Source of the DNA: Acidobacteriota bacterium
GTDB lineage: Bacteria; Acidobacteriota; UBA890; WLXD01
DNA: 64,000 nt
NCBI GenBank assembly: GCA_965197275.1
Contig: CBDAMQ010000024.1
Span: 46,393-110,392 of the forward strand
Direction: 5' to 3'
The notes beneath the pieces are model-generated. The model worked only from the letters and a program-made list of their open reading frames with translations, did no database searches and was not told the DNA's origin. A program made the translations under genes and the position numbers. Positions 1 to 9,918 of this stretch are shown in pieces. Every line of letters starts with the position of its first letter. Positions within the stretch are counted from its first letter, which is position 1.

Positions 1-1587
1 GATATCGATGACGGTCGCCGGATCGAAAACGACGATATCGGCCCAGTAGCCCTGGACTAGCCGGCCCCGGTCCTCGAGCCGCAGAACCTGTGCCGGCAGC
101 GAGGTCATCTTACGGATCGCGTCTGCCAAGGTCAGCAGCGGCTGGTCGCGCACGTAGCGCCCCAGGACGCGAGGGAAGGTGCCATAGAGGCGAGGATGCA
201 CGACCCCTTCACCGAGGATCCCATCCGGACGCACTGCCCAACCGTCGGAAGCGATCGCCACCCACGGAAGCGCCATGATGCGGCGCACGTTTTCCTCCGA
301 TTGGTTGTGGTGGATGCCGCCCGGGAAGCGACCGTTCTCCATCACGACTTCGAAAAGTGCATTGATCGGGTCGGGATCACCACGCTGCGTGGCGATCTCC
401 GCCACGCTCATGCCGTCGTACTGCTTGACGGGGCTGTCGTTTCGAAGACAGCAGAGGACGACGCCCTCGATACCGCCGTGTTCCTCGAAGTACTGGATCC
501 ACTCAGGATCGTTGCGGATCCGGTCGCGATTGGCGGGGCTCCCGAGGAGGTCCTCGAGGTCCTCCGTCTCACGCGCCCAGGTGGGGAAGAAGTTGGACCA
601 CCCCTGCGTCATCGCCGTGTAGGGGTACTGGTTGGCGGTGATGTCGAGGCCGCGCTCGCGCGCGTCCTCGATCATACGGATAGCAGGCTCCAGCCGATCC
701 CAGATGGCCCGACCGCGAATCTTGAAGTGGGCAACGCTCACCGGCAGGCCCGTCTGCTCGACGATATCGATCGCCTTCTGCAGCTCCTCCTCGAGCTGAT
801 ACCCCTCGCTCCCGACATGCGTTTCATAGACCACCGCACCGTGGTCGACTGCCGCCTGCGCCATCGGGATCATCTCCTCGGCGAAGCGATAGCCGCCGCC
901 GCGGAACCAGCTGGCGATGCCGATGGCGCCGTCGTGCATCGACTCGATGATCAGTTGTTTCATGCGCTCCAGCTGCTCCGGCGTGGCCGCCTGCTCGACG
1001 CTCCCACCGACGACAACGCGCTTGACCTGCTGCGGTGCGATCTTGATCGCGACGTTGAGGGAGATGCCCTTGCGCATCACGTGCTCGAAGTAACCGCTGA
1101 GATCGGTCCAGTCGAGCTCGTAGCCCTGGCTTCGGGCGTTGCTCCGGCGCTCCTCGAGCACTTCGCCGGCCAGTGGTGCTACCGACGCTCGCTCGCCGCC
1201 GACATCCAACGTGACTCCCTGGCGAACCTTGCTCTGCGCCGTGCCATCGACCGGCAGGGTGCCGTCGGAGTGGCTGTGGATGTCGATGAAGCCGGGGGCC
1301 ACCGCCATGCCGGTTGCGTCGATGACATGCGCGACGTTGGCGTCGGAGAGATCGCCGATCGCCGCGATCTTGCCATCCCGCACACCGACGTCGGCGCGGA
1401 ACCAGGGATTGCCGCTGCCATCGAAGACCCGTCCCCCCTTGATCAGCACGTCGAAGCGCTCGGCTCCCTGCGAAGCGAGCGCGCGCGAGGGAGCCTGGCC
1501 CGCGACGGTGAGCGAGACGGCGGCTCCCAGGATGACGATGGTGCGGAAAGTAAGTTCCAAGATCCGATGCCTGGAGATCCTCTTCAT
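1..1587 (-). CDS. N-acyl-D-amino-acid deacylase (D-aminoacylase) family amidohydrolase, exported; C-terminus cut by the window edge
   Basis: Absent from the ORF track because the frame runs off the left edge. Hand translation of the reverse strand from the ATG at 1587 gives MKRISRHRILELTFRTIVILGAAVSLTVAG...FDVLIKGGRVFDGSGNPWFRADVGVRDGKIAAIGDL...APGFIDIHSHSD. That is a signal peptide followed by the HxH metal site typical of D-aminoacylases. The frame stays open for 529 codons to position 1. The + ORF 196..1593 is its antisense shadow. Confidence 0.8.
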   Translation of the reverse strand, partial: MKRISRHRILELTFRTIVILGAAVSLTVAGQAPSRALASQGAERFDVLIKGGRVFDGSGNPWFRADVGVRDGKIAAIGDLSDANVAHVIDATGMAVAPGFIDIHSHSDGTLPVDGTAQSKVRQGVTLDVGGERASVAPLAGEVLEERRSNARSQGYELDWTDLSGYFEHVMRKGISLNVAIKIAPQQVKRVVVGGSVEQAATPEQLERMKQLIIESMHDGAIGIASWFRGGGYRFAEEMIPMAQAAVDHGAVVYETHVGSEGYQLEEELQKAIDIVEQTGLPVSVAHFKIRGRAIWDRLEPAIRMIEDARERGLDITANQYPYTAMTQGWSNFFPTWARETEDLEDLLGSPANRDRIRNDPEWIQYFEEHGGIEGVVLCCLRNDSPVKQYDGMSVAEIATQRGDPDPINALFEVVMENGRFPGGIHHNQSEENVRRIMALPWVAIASDGWAVRPDGILGEGVVHPRLYGTFPRVLGRYVRDQPLLTLADAIRKMTSLPAQVLRLEDRGRLVQGYWADIVVFDPATVIDI

Positions 1588-1623
1588 GAGTGATCCTCCT
1601 TCAATGGTGCTCCGCGCGCTTTG

Positions 1624-3723
1624 CTAGCGCCGCGATGATGCCTGGACGCGCTCCAGCAAATCGAGGTAGCGCGCGTCGGCCTCTTCCACCCTGGACTCCA
1701 GTAGCGCGCGTTGTCGCTCCCATTGTTGCAGCAGCAGGTAGCGGGTCTCCCACGGCTCCAGATCATCCTCGGGCGCGATTCGCGCCGTCATCAGGTCTTG
1801 CAGTTGGGCGCGATGACGGGCAACCAGCTCGGGGACAGCTTCCGGCTTCCAGAACGGCTCGTCATCGACGATGACCATGGTCGGGGCGCTGTGAGCGATG
1901 ATCGAGTTGCGGCGCTCCTGGCGCTGGCCGAGGGCGCGAACGGCGAGCCACATGCTGCGGTCGGCGGTGATCTCCGTACGCAGCCGGACCCGGTCGCGTC
2001 CGCCGGCTGCCTCCGATGCCACCACCTCACCGTGAACTAACAGCTCCAATCGGTCGAGCTGGTCGACGTCCGGGTTGAGCGACGCTTCGGCCACGATCTC
2101 GAGCCGCGCACCAGGCTCTACCCGTAGCTCCTCGCCGATCTCGTGCCCGTTCACGGTGAACTCCAGGAACGGGCCGTTGCTGACGAACACTCGACCACGC
2201 CGGAAGGCGTCGAAAAAGGCATCGACACTGAACGGGCCATCCAGCTTGACGTAGGTACGCTCGACCCCGGGCAGGGTCGGGCCGAAATACGGGAAATCGG
2301 CACCAGCGACCGGCAACACCTTGAAGCCGAGGTTCAAGAAGCTGTACCAGATATCGCCGAACAGTTGCCCGCCCTGGAGAACCTCGATGAAGTCGACGAT
2401 CCCGAAGGGCACGTCCAACGCCAGGCCGCGCCGGCCGTTGAACAGTTCACCGAGGTGCGCGTAGCCCGAGATGCCGCCCTGCCGGTGAGACTCCTCGAAG
2501 ACGCGATGGTAGAGGAAGTAGGAGTCCGGATCCTGATGGAAAGGACGGTAGAGATTGTGGTGAATCGTGTGGCCGCGTTGCACGGTGCGAGGATCTTCCT
2601 GACCGGACACCAGCATGTAGCTGTCGCGTCCGAAGTGGCCCTCTTCGCCCCAGGCGGGTTGCTTGAAGTGAGTGCCAGCGATGTTGCCCATCTCCAAAAG
2701 GTTGGCGACATGAACGTCCTCGGCAGCCAGCTGCCCCCAGACGGCCTCGTCGTCGACCCTGTGTCGCTGGATGTGAACGTGGGAGTCGCCGGAGAACCAG
2801 CCGAGCGCGGGCAGGTCAGCGTAGCGTTCCATTGCTACGTCGACCTTGCTGGTGCTGTTCTCGCGAACTTCGAAGCTGCTATGGGCGACACGGTATTCGG
2901 GTCCTCGCGTTAGTACGAGCTCGTAGGAGCCCACTGGCAAGCGAGCCTCGTAGTCCCCGTTCACATAAAAGGCCTGGCGGTTGGCCGACGGCCACAGCGT
3001 CTTGCCATGGATCCAAACAAGACGAACTTCGTCGGTAAACCGATGCACCAGCAGTGCCTCATCCGACGGCAGCGGCGCACGACCGGTCGAGTCGTACACG
3101 CCCACTCGTGCCGGGATCGGGCGTTCCGAGCTCGCATCCGTCACCGTCAGCCGCAGACGGCCGAACGCGCTGGCCGGCACGGTACTGCCGCTGCGTGCGA
3201 TCTCGACGTCGCAGAGTACGATGCCGCCCTGGCCGCCGACCGCGATGTCGGCGTGGCGGATACCCTGGCCGGCCAGCCGGGCGCGGTCGAGGGTCAGCGT
3301 CAGGCTGCGAAACATTGCCCCCGGCTGTGGCTCGATGCGCTCCGAGACGCCGACGCCTTCACCACCGTTCTGGTCCCAGCCGACGGTGAACGGAGCCGAG
3401 AGCTCGGGGACGTACGTGAGCGTCAGATCGACCGGTTCGTCGATATCGAACGCATAGTCATCGTCGACATCGAAGGCGATGACCGGCCCGACGACGCAGG
3501 AACGGTCGCCGATCGTGATCATCTCGATGCGCCGATCGGAACCCCTCACACCGAGCTCGGAGCGTCCAGCCGCCAGGACACGCGGAATGTGATCCTGTTG
3601 CCATGGCATGAGCTTGACCAGACGTGCCTCACCGCCATGGGCCATCAATGCCTTCGCCGCTGCGAGACCAGCCATGATGACCACCAGATAGATCACGACG
3701 GTCCTGTGGTGACCGAGCCTCAT
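1624..3723 (-). CDS. CehA/McbA-like (PHP-type) metallohydrolase with N-terminal membrane anchor or signal
   Basis: 699-aa ORF with a hydrophobic N-terminus (VVIYLVVIMAGLAAAKA) and a GDSHVHI motif followed by a histidine-rich core. It lies 36 nt upstream of, and on the same strand as, the D-aminoacylase gene. Confidence 0.7.
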   Translation of the reverse strand: MRLGHHRTVVIYLVVIMAGLAAAKALMAHGGEARLVKLMPWQQDHIPRVLAAGRSELGVRGSDRRIEMITIGDRSCVVGPVIAFDVDDDYAFDIDEPVDLTLTYVPELSAPFTVGWDQNGGEGVGVSERIEPQPGAMFRSLTLTLDRARLAGQGIRHADIAVGGQGGIVLCDVEIARSGSTVPASAFGRLRLTVTDASSERPIPARVGVYDSTGRAPLPSDEALLVHRFTDEVRLVWIHGKTLWPSANRQAFYVNGDYEARLPVGSYELVLTRGPEYRVAHSSFEVRENSTSKVDVAMERYADLPALGWFSGDSHVHIQRHRVDDEAVWGQLAAEDVHVANLLEMGNIAGTHFKQPAWGEEGHFGRDSYMLVSGQEDPRTVQRGHTIHHNLYRPFHQDPDSYFLYHRVFEESHRQGGISGYAHLGELFNGRRGLALDVPFGIVDFIEVLQGGQLFGDIWYSFLNLGFKVLPVAGADFPYFGPTLPGVERTYVKLDGPFSVDAFFDAFRRGRVFVSNGPFLEFTVNGHEIGEELRVEPGARLEIVAEASLNPDVDQLDRLELLVHGEVVASEAAGGRDRVRLRTEITADRSMWLAVRALGQRQERRNSIIAHSAPTMVIVDDEPFWKPEAVPELVARHRAQLQDLMTARIAPEDDLEPWETRYLLLQQWERQRALLESRVEEADARYLDLLERVQASSRR

Positions 3724-3798
3724 CGTTCGCCTCCTCGCCCGCGTTGGAGCGGGTTCGCCCTGATCGTAGACACCGTGCTCCGAGCCCGGCTACGTTGG

Positions 3799-3812
3799 CA
3801 GCAGTACTGCTG
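3799..3812. promoter_or_regulatory. Perfect 14-bp palindrome CAGCAGTACTGCTG about 75 nt upstream of the CehA-like gene start; possible operator
   Basis: Self-complementary sequence read directly in the 3724..3957 intergenic region. No regulator can be assigned. Confidence 0.2.
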
Positions 3813-3957
3813 GCAGGTCAACCGTTGAGCGATCAAGGATCGTCCCACCGCTGCGACGACGTGTCGATTGTCAAGTGCCGTCGTCCCGGCTGAGTGCGCG
3901 GCAATGCACCCCGGGTTCATGGGTACGATGACGCTTGAGGAGCGCAGCCTAGGACCG

Positions 3958-5664
3958 TCAGTTCAATCTGCGTGATGCCACGGCTCCGCGACCCTCGCGC
4001 ACGACGTACAGTCGGCCAGCGACCAGCCGGTCGATTCGTTCGACGACGCCGCCGGGCCAGCGAATCGTTACGTCGGCCGCTTGCGCCTCACCCAGCCCGA
4101 CGTGCAGCCGGGGCGTGCTGGTGGATGCATAGGAAGAACCGGTCCGCACCTCCATCACCCGAGCCTGCCCTTCGAGTTGCACGTGCAGCCGGGCGCCGCT
4201 GGCGGAGCGATTCGCCTGCGAGCCCACGAGCAAGAGTTGAATGAACGCGCCGGCGCGATTGCCGCCGTCGTTGCGCAGGTAATCGGCGGTCTGGTTGTTG
4301 TTGCTGACCACGATGTCCAGATCGCCGTCTTCGTCGAGATCGGCGACCGCCGATCCTCGCGAGACCTTGGCGAGCTCCGGGCCCGAGGTGAGGCGGGCGT
4401 GCGCCGCATCGAAACGTCCGTCGCCGACGTTCAGGTACAGGTGGTTGGGCTGTCGGTAGGTGATGCCCTGGCGTAGCTGCGCGGCGAGATCGTTGACGTG
4501 ACCGTTGGCGACGAACAGGTCCAGGTCGCCGTCGTTGTTGACGTCGATCCAATTGGTGCCGAAGCCGACGCTCATGAAGCTCGACACGCTGAGACCTGCG
4601 TCGAAGGTGGCGTCGCTGAAGCTCCTTGTCTCGAGACCTCGGTAGAGGGTGTTGGTTTCGAGATCGAGGTTGGTGACCACGATGTCCAGCGTGCCGTCGC
4701 CGTCATAGTCGCCGGCGTCCACCCCCATTCCCCCCTCGACCTGCCCGTCCTTGTTGAACCCTGCGCCCGCGACCAACGCGTCGTCGACGAAGCCAACTCG
4801 GCCGTCGTTGGTGTAGAGGAAGTTGCGAGTCGAGTCGTTGGCCACGTAGATGTCGGGGTCCCCGTCGTCGTCGTAGTCCACGAAGATCACACCAAGCCCC
4901 TTGCTCTCCTCGGGGTTGACGACGCCGGCCGCTTCCGAGATGTCGGTGAAGCCGTCGCCGTCGTTACGGTACAGGACGTTCGAGACTCCGGCGTAGACCT
5001 CTGGTGAACAGTAGGCCTGCAGTTGCAGGTGCGGTTTGCCGCAGTAGCGATGGTTGTCCCAACGGAAATCGAGGTAGTTGACGGCGTAGAGGTCGAGGTC
5101 GCCATCCAGGTCGACGTCGCCCCAGGCGGCCGAGACACCCCAACGCGCGTCGTCAACACCGGCGCGGGCGCTGACGTCGGCGAATGTACCGTCGCCGTTG
5201 CCTCGCAACAGGACGTTGGGACCATAGTTGGTCACGTACAGGTCGACGAAGCCGTCATTGTCGTAGTCGGCAGCAGCGACGCCCTGGCCGTAAGCCGGGT
5301 CACCGGCGCCGGACGTAGTCGTGACGTCGGCGAAGCGACCCGCCCCTCCACTGCGGGCGGACAGGTTGCGGAAGAGCCGGTTCCGCAGCGCGCCGGAAGC
5401 CTCGTAACCGGGTGTCGCGGCCGACTGCACGAAGTAGACGTCTGTCCTTCCGTCCGCATCGTAGTCGACCGTCGCCACCCCGGACCCCATGGTCTCCACG
5501 AGGTAGCGCTCGCCCGTACCGCCGTGGCGATGCTCGAACAGCAGTCCAACCTCCTCGGCGGCCGCGACGAAATGGAACGTTGGACGGAGCTGCCCCGACG
5601 AGCCCGCGGGTGCGATGAAGGTGAGCACGCCGAGGAGTGCGGCCGCTCGAACACTTTCAGGCAT
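3958..5664 (-). CDS. CRTAC1/ASPIC-UnbV family protein with FG-GAP/VCBS repeats, exported
   Basis: Repeated DxDGDGxxD calcium-type FG-GAP motifs (DYDADGRTDVYF, DYDNDGFVDLYV, DLDGDLDLYA, DYDDDGDPDIYV, DYDGDGTLDIVV, DVNNDGDLDLFV, DLDEDGDLDIVV) and a C-terminal UnbV/ASPIC-like segment. I moved the start to the internal ATG at 5664 (MPESVRAAALLGVLTFIAPAGSSGQ, a signal peptide). The track ORF extends to 5946 and would overlap the upstream TPR gene. Confidence 0.85.
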   Translation of the reverse strand: MPESVRAAALLGVLTFIAPAGSSGQLRPTFHFVAAAEEVGLLFEHRHGGTGERYLVETMGSGVATVDYDADGRTDVYFVQSAATPGYEASGALRNRLFRNLSARSGGAGRFADVTTTSGAGDPAYGQGVAAADYDNDGFVDLYVTNYGPNVLLRGNGDGTFADVSARAGVDDARWGVSAAWGDVDLDGDLDLYAVNYLDFRWDNHRYCGKPHLQLQAYCSPEVYAGVSNVLYRNDGDGFTDISEAAGVVNPEESKGLGVIFVDYDDDGDPDIYVANDSTRNFLYTNDGRVGFVDDALVAGAGFNKDGQVEGGMGVDAGDYDGDGTLDIVVTNLDLETNTLYRGLETRSFSDATFDAGLSVSSFMSVGFGTNWIDVNNDGDLDLFVANGHVNDLAAQLRQGITYRQPNHLYLNVGDGRFDAAHARLTSGPELAKVSRGSAVADLDEDGDLDIVVSNNNQTADYLRNDGGNRAGAFIQLLLVGSQANRSASGARLHVQLEGQARVMEVRTGSSYASTSTPRLHVGLGEAQAADVTIRWPGGVVERIDRLVAGRLYVVREGRGAVASRRLN

Positions 5665-5680
5665 CTCGGCTCCCGCCCAC

Positions 5681-6958
5681 TCAGTTCTGATCGAAGAGCG
5701 CGCGGTACCGGGCTTCGACGCGGTCCGCCTCGTCGGGGCGCCTGAGCGCGCGGTACTGGGCGGCGAGCAGCGCGTAGGGATCCGGCCGCCGCGGATCTGC
5801 TTCGATCGCCCGTTCCAGGGCCGCGATGGCGAGCTCATGATCGTTGCGCGCCGCGTACGCGTTGGCGAGGTTCTCGTGCAGCAGCGCGTTGTCCGGGAAG
5901 ATGGCCAACGCGAGCTGGAAGCGCTCGACCGCGGCTTCGAGATCACCGCGCCGATAGTAGTAGAGGCCGTGGATGTTGTACGTGGCCGCAGCGAAGTCGA
6001 CGACGTCGTCGGACTCCTCCACCCGACTCGCGCGGAGCATCGCAGTGAGCTTATTCATGGCCGCCCGCGATTCCTTGTTCCTGCCAAGGGACTGCAACGT
6101 CTCGACCCGCCCCTGGGCGGCGGCGAGCAGCTCCGGATCCACCGCCAGCGCTTGGTCCAGAGCCGTTAGTGCCGCCTCGAGGTCGCCCGCATCCGCGAGC
6201 GCGCGGCCGAGCAAATGATGCGCTTCGGCCATCCCGGGCGCCGCCTCGATCGCGCGTCGCAGACTGGCGATGGCGGCCTCGAGCTCGCCCGCCTCGAGCA
6301 GCAGGCTCCCGAGCTGCAGTTGGGCAGGCGCCAAGGCGGGCTCTCGCGCGACGGCGCTCTGCAACGCGGCCATCGCCGTTTCGACGTCGCGGTTGTTGAT
6401 CGCCATGAGGCCGAGCTCATAGTCCGCCGATGCTCCGGCCCCCGCCGCCGCCGCCGCGCGCATCGCGTCACGGGCCTCGTGGTAGCGGCCCAGCTTGTCG
6501 AGAATACGCCCGCGCTCCAGCCAGAGCTCGGCTCCGCGCTCATCGGTCTGGCAGGTGTCGACAGCCTCGAGGCCTTGGCGGTTGAGACCGATGCGACGAT
6601 AAGCGGCCGCCAGATCACGGCACAGCTCGGCGTCGTCGCGACGGCTAACGAAGGCCCGCTCGAAGGCTTCGGTCGCACGCAGGGCCGCGAGCAGGTCGTT
6701 GGCGTGGCGTGCGATGAGCCGGCCGAGCAGCACGAATGTGTCCGCGTCGCCGAGACCAGCGCTCGTGGCCCGCTCGAGCGAATCGATGGCCTCGATGGCT
6801 GCCTCGGGGTTGCCGTTCTCCAGTGCGGCGAGCCCGGCGCGTTCGGCCGTTGCCAGCTGCGTCTGGCTCTGCGCTTGGATCGTCTGGGCGCTCACTTCAA
6901 GGGAAGCGCACACGATGCAAATCAGTGCCAGGCTGGGCGTCGCCGAAGGGCTCGTCAT
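5681..6958 (-). CDS. Tetratricopeptide-repeat (TPR) protein with signal peptide
   Basis: 425 aa with N-terminal LALICIVCASLEVSAQT and repeated 34-residue A/L/Y/G-patterned units. Its stop is 17 nt before the CRTAC1-like start. It is a paralogue of the 16933..18159 product: the C-terminal halves align by eye. Confidence 0.85.
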   Translation of the reverse strand: MTSPSATPSLALICIVCASLEVSAQTIQAQSQTQLATAERAGLAALENGNPEAAIEAIDSLERATSAGLGDADTFVLLGRLIARHANDLLAALRATEAFERAFVSRRDDAELCRDLAAAYRRIGLNRQGLEAVDTCQTDERGAELWLERGRILDKLGRYHEARDAMRAAAAAGAGASADYELGLMAINNRDVETAMAALQSAVAREPALAPAQLQLGSLLLEAGELEAAIASLRRAIEAAPGMAEAHHLLGRALADAGDLEAALTALDQALAVDPELLAAAQGRVETLQSLGRNKESRAAMNKLTAMLRASRVEESDDVVDFAAATYNIHGLYYYRRGDLEAAVERFQLALAIFPDNALLHENLANAYAARNDHELAIAALERAIEADPRRPDPYALLAAQYRALRRPDEADRVEARYRALFDQN

Positions 6959-7211
6959 AGCGCCAATTGTCTACCGTGTGCGCCGGCTCTCGGAGGCGGC
7001 TTTCCAGGATATCCGCATTCAGAATATCTCTCACCGTGCAGCGCCTCAGTTTCGGCGCAACAGGGAATGGCACCGGGAGATCATGCTGGCGGCCGGCGGA
7101 AGACCAAAACGCCGGGCTAGTGCCCCGACTGAGGACACTGGTGGAGGAAGGTTACGTTCGATCGACGGGAGGTCGTCGGGCCACTGACGATAAGCGCGTA
7201 GTAGGTGGCGC

Positions 7212-8483
7212 CTAACGCTCGGCGTCGGCTACGCCACCCGTTTCGAGCCCAGTGGCCGCGAGGGCCTTGAGCGCGAACGCGGTGCCGGCGTGAGTAAGGA
7301 AGTTCGAGGTCGTGAAGCTATTGCGAATGGACTGGGTCCACCAGTACCCCTCGGCACGCTGGTTGGTCTTCAACCAGCCGACACCGCGCTGAATCGCCGC
7401 GTGCGACGCCGGCACGCCGGCCTGTCGCAGGACATACATGACGAAGCCGGTACCATAACCGTCGCTTTCGACGGTGACCGGAGGATCGGAAGGAAGACCC
7501 TCGCGCATACGCCATACGCCGAGCTGTCCCGCGGCCCAGCCACCGTCATCACGCTGCAGACCGAGAAGCTCGTCGATCCAAAGTTGGCGATCGGCGTCGC
7601 TGATCAGCCCCTCGTTGACACTGCCGGCCCATAGCAGCATGCCGCGGTTGTGGGCGAACTCGGGCGGATTGGCGGCGATGTAGGCGCGAATCCTGCGCAT
7701 CCCCTGTACAGCAGCATCGGTGCTGGGGTAGTCGCCCGGAGCCATGCCGGTGGCGATCACCATCAGCGTGACGGGCCAGTGGCGATCGTAGAACGGCGGC
7801 CAGTTGGATACAAACCCAGTCCAGTGGCCCCCTTCGTCCTGTAGCGACCAGGCGTGGTCGAGCGCCTCCGCGGCGATGTCGCTGAGCTCGCTTGCACCCG
7901 ACTGGGCCTCGTTGATGGCCAGAAACGCAGACGTGCCAACGACGTCCGTCACGTCTGGGGGGGCTGGCGCATCGTTGCCAGGCACGTCGTTGGCGCGCCA
8001 GGAGCGCACGAAGCGAGCAGCCTGATCGTGTGCTATCTCGAAGGCACGGCGCTCGGCGAAGATCTCGGGCGGTGCCGCGAGATACAAACCGTTCGTATGG
8101 CAGGTGACGCAGCCGTACTTCTCACCCCATGCCACGGCAACTCGATCGAGGAAGGCGGCGGCGCGCTCTAGCGAGAACGCATCGGCGAGAGCGTCCTCAC
8201 GCGCGTAGGGTCCGAGCTCCGCTGACGCCAGCAGCGTAGCGAACTCATCGTTGCTCATCGACGCGGTGTCGAGGGTAGCGGGGTCAGCGGCCTGTTGCGC
8301 CTGGATGGGTGGGCGCGGCGCCGCGTTGACGGTCGCGCTCGTGCTCAACACAGACACTGCCACCAGCAGGAACGCCGCCAGCACCGCCGCCAGCGCCAGG
8401 CCTGCTCGGCCGATCGTCGGCTGTTCCCTAGGTGGTCGTCGTTCTGTTCGATCCCGGCCGTGTAGATCGTCGCTCATCGTCAT
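7212..8483 (-). CDS. Membrane-anchored protein with one CxxCH haem-c motif and prenyltransferase/squalene-cyclase-like repeats
   Basis: 423 aa with a TM segment (LALAAVLAAFLLVAVSVL), a CVTCH motif, and QRDDGGW / GYGTGFVMYVLRQAG / EGYWW motifs typical of alpha/alpha-toroid terpenoid-cyclase-like repeats. Confidence 0.65.
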   Translation of the reverse strand: MTMSDDLHGRDRTERRPPREQPTIGRAGLALAAVLAAFLLVAVSVLSTSATVNAAPRPPIQAQQAADPATLDTASMSNDEFATLLASAELGPYAREDALADAFSLERAAAFLDRVAVAWGEKYGCVTCHTNGLYLAAPPEIFAERRAFEIAHDQAARFVRSWRANDVPGNDAPAPPDVTDVVGTSAFLAINEAQSGASELSDIAAEALDHAWSLQDEGGHWTGFVSNWPPFYDRHWPVTLMVIATGMAPGDYPSTDAAVQGMRRIRAYIAANPPEFAHNRGMLLWAGSVNEGLISDADRQLWIDELLGLQRDDGGWAAGQLGVWRMREGLPSDPPVTVESDGYGTGFVMYVLRQAGVPASHAAIQRGVGWLKTNQRAEGYWWTQSIRNSFTTSNFLTHAGTAFALKALAATGLETGGVADAER

Positions 8484-8598
8484 TCTCCTGTCTTCGGGAG
8501 CTCAGCTCGTCGAGGTGCCGTGCCTACGCTTGCGACCCACGCTACCGTACCATGCCGCCCAGGCTGGCGATCGGATGCAAGACGTATTTCACGACACC

Positions 8599-9847
8599 TC
8601 AGAAGGTGTCGTTCTTGAGCGTGAAGGTATCGACGAGCTCCGGGCTGTGGTCGTCGCCGACGACACGATGGGCCACGTAGTCGCCCATCATGATGCCGTG
8701 CTTGTAGCCGTGGCCGGAGCCACCACCGACGATCCAGACGTTGTCCATCTCTGGATGGCGATCGACGATGAAGTGACTATCGACGCTGTCCTCGTACTGG
8801 CACACCCGAGACTCGAGCACCGGCTGGTCGGCAAGGGCAGGGAACGCGCGTCTGACGAGCTGGCGCGCGTGCTCGATCTCCTCGGCGGTTACGATTCGCT
8901 CGCCGGTGTCCGGATCGAACGGGATGCTGTCGTAATAGGGTGCCACCTTCCAGCCGCGGCCCTCGATGCTCGGGAAGCCGTAGGCACCCTGCAGATCCCA
9001 CGTCGGACAGTTGGGGTAGATGAACCGGTTGTCGTCGGTCGGCACGCCGTACCAGAAGGTGATGCGTCGCGGTGTCTGCAGCTTGTTTTCCATCACGGAG
9101 GGAAACACCTTCGGTAGCCACGGCCCGCACGCGAAGACATACGTGCTTGCCGACACCGTCTGGCCGGTCGAGAGCTCGAGTTCCTGCAGCCGCCCACCGG
9201 CATGCTGACCGGGCCTCCCCTGCGCGGTGATCAGGGTGCCGCCGGCGCTCTCGAAGGCACCGGCGACGGCGAAGCAGGCACCGGGCCATGAGGACGCCGG
9301 TGCTGGGCACGTAGAAGCCGAGCTCGATGCCCTCGTGGTTGAACTGAGGGTAGCGCCGCCGCAACTCGTCGTGCGGCACGGTCTCGTTGTCGACGCCGTG
9401 TCGATCGAGCACTTCCTTGCTGGCTCGCGGGGAAGCGGACCATTGACGAGTGAGCGTCAGCTGGCCGGTACGGTAAAAGAGCGGCCGCCCACCCCACTCC
9501 CTCTGGCGCGCTTCCCAGCGGTCGAACGCCTCGATGACCCAGCGGGTGTAGATCTCGCGCTCGCCGTACTGGGTGCGGATCTGCCGACTCTCCCCGCCGG
9601 AGGACGCCCGCGCGTTGCCGGCGCCGTAGGCGTCGATGAGGGTGACCCGATGCCCCATCTCTTGCAGATAGAGCGCTGTCCAGCCACCGAACGCCCCCGC
9701 CCCGATGACCGCGACGTCGGTCGTCGATGCTGCAGCCTGCCCGGAGGTGTGCACCGGGGTGGCTGCTCGCAACCCCTTGGTTCCGCCCAGCGCCAGAGCG
9801 CCAGCACCGGTCAACTTGAGGAACGTGCGTCGATCATGCCGCGACAT
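8599..9847 (-). pseudogene. Tat-exported FAD-dependent oxidoreductase (DAO/sarcosine-oxidase-like), interrupted by a 1-nt frameshift near 9280
   Basis: The N-terminal ORF (8777..9847) starts MSRHDRRTFLKLTGAGALALGG (twin-arginine signal) followed by VAVIGAGAFGG (FAD GxGxxG), then degenerates after ...STGVLMAR. The C-terminal part continues in another frame as ACFAVAGAFESAGGTLITAQGRPGQHAGGRLQELELSTGQTVSASTYVFACGPW... (ORF 8599..9156). Removing one base at about 9280 joins them cleanly. Confidence 0.75.
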
Positions 9848-9918
9848 GGCCCCACTCCAAGGTTGGTATTGAGATCCGGCTGCTTGCAGGGCTCCCGCCC
9901 GCGGCCCCTAGTGCCTGG

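Noticed and set aside
196-1593. 465-aa + strand ORF, along with many similar long ORFs such as 2143..2913, 5023..5745, 6215..7120, 8251..9117, 10534..11334, 12049..13125, 17251..18240, 25444..26616, 27689..28657, 39790..40815, 46195..47181, 49998..50831, 53953..54671 and 62852..63475
   Set aside because: All lie antisense to, or out of frame with, genes that have clear family motifs. Their translations are low-complexity and R/A/G/P-rich with no recognisable domains. This is the usual stop-codon-poor shadow ORF pattern of high-GC DNA.
3958-5946. Long N-terminal extensions in the track ORFs (3958..5946, 11590..13389, 36848..39019, 55702..56454, 32399..33400, 10408..11547, 13770..16742)
   Set aside because: The extensions overlap neighbouring genes or are R/S/T-rich nonsense. 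In each case an internal start with a signal peptide, an RBS or a start/stop overlap gives a sensible protein.
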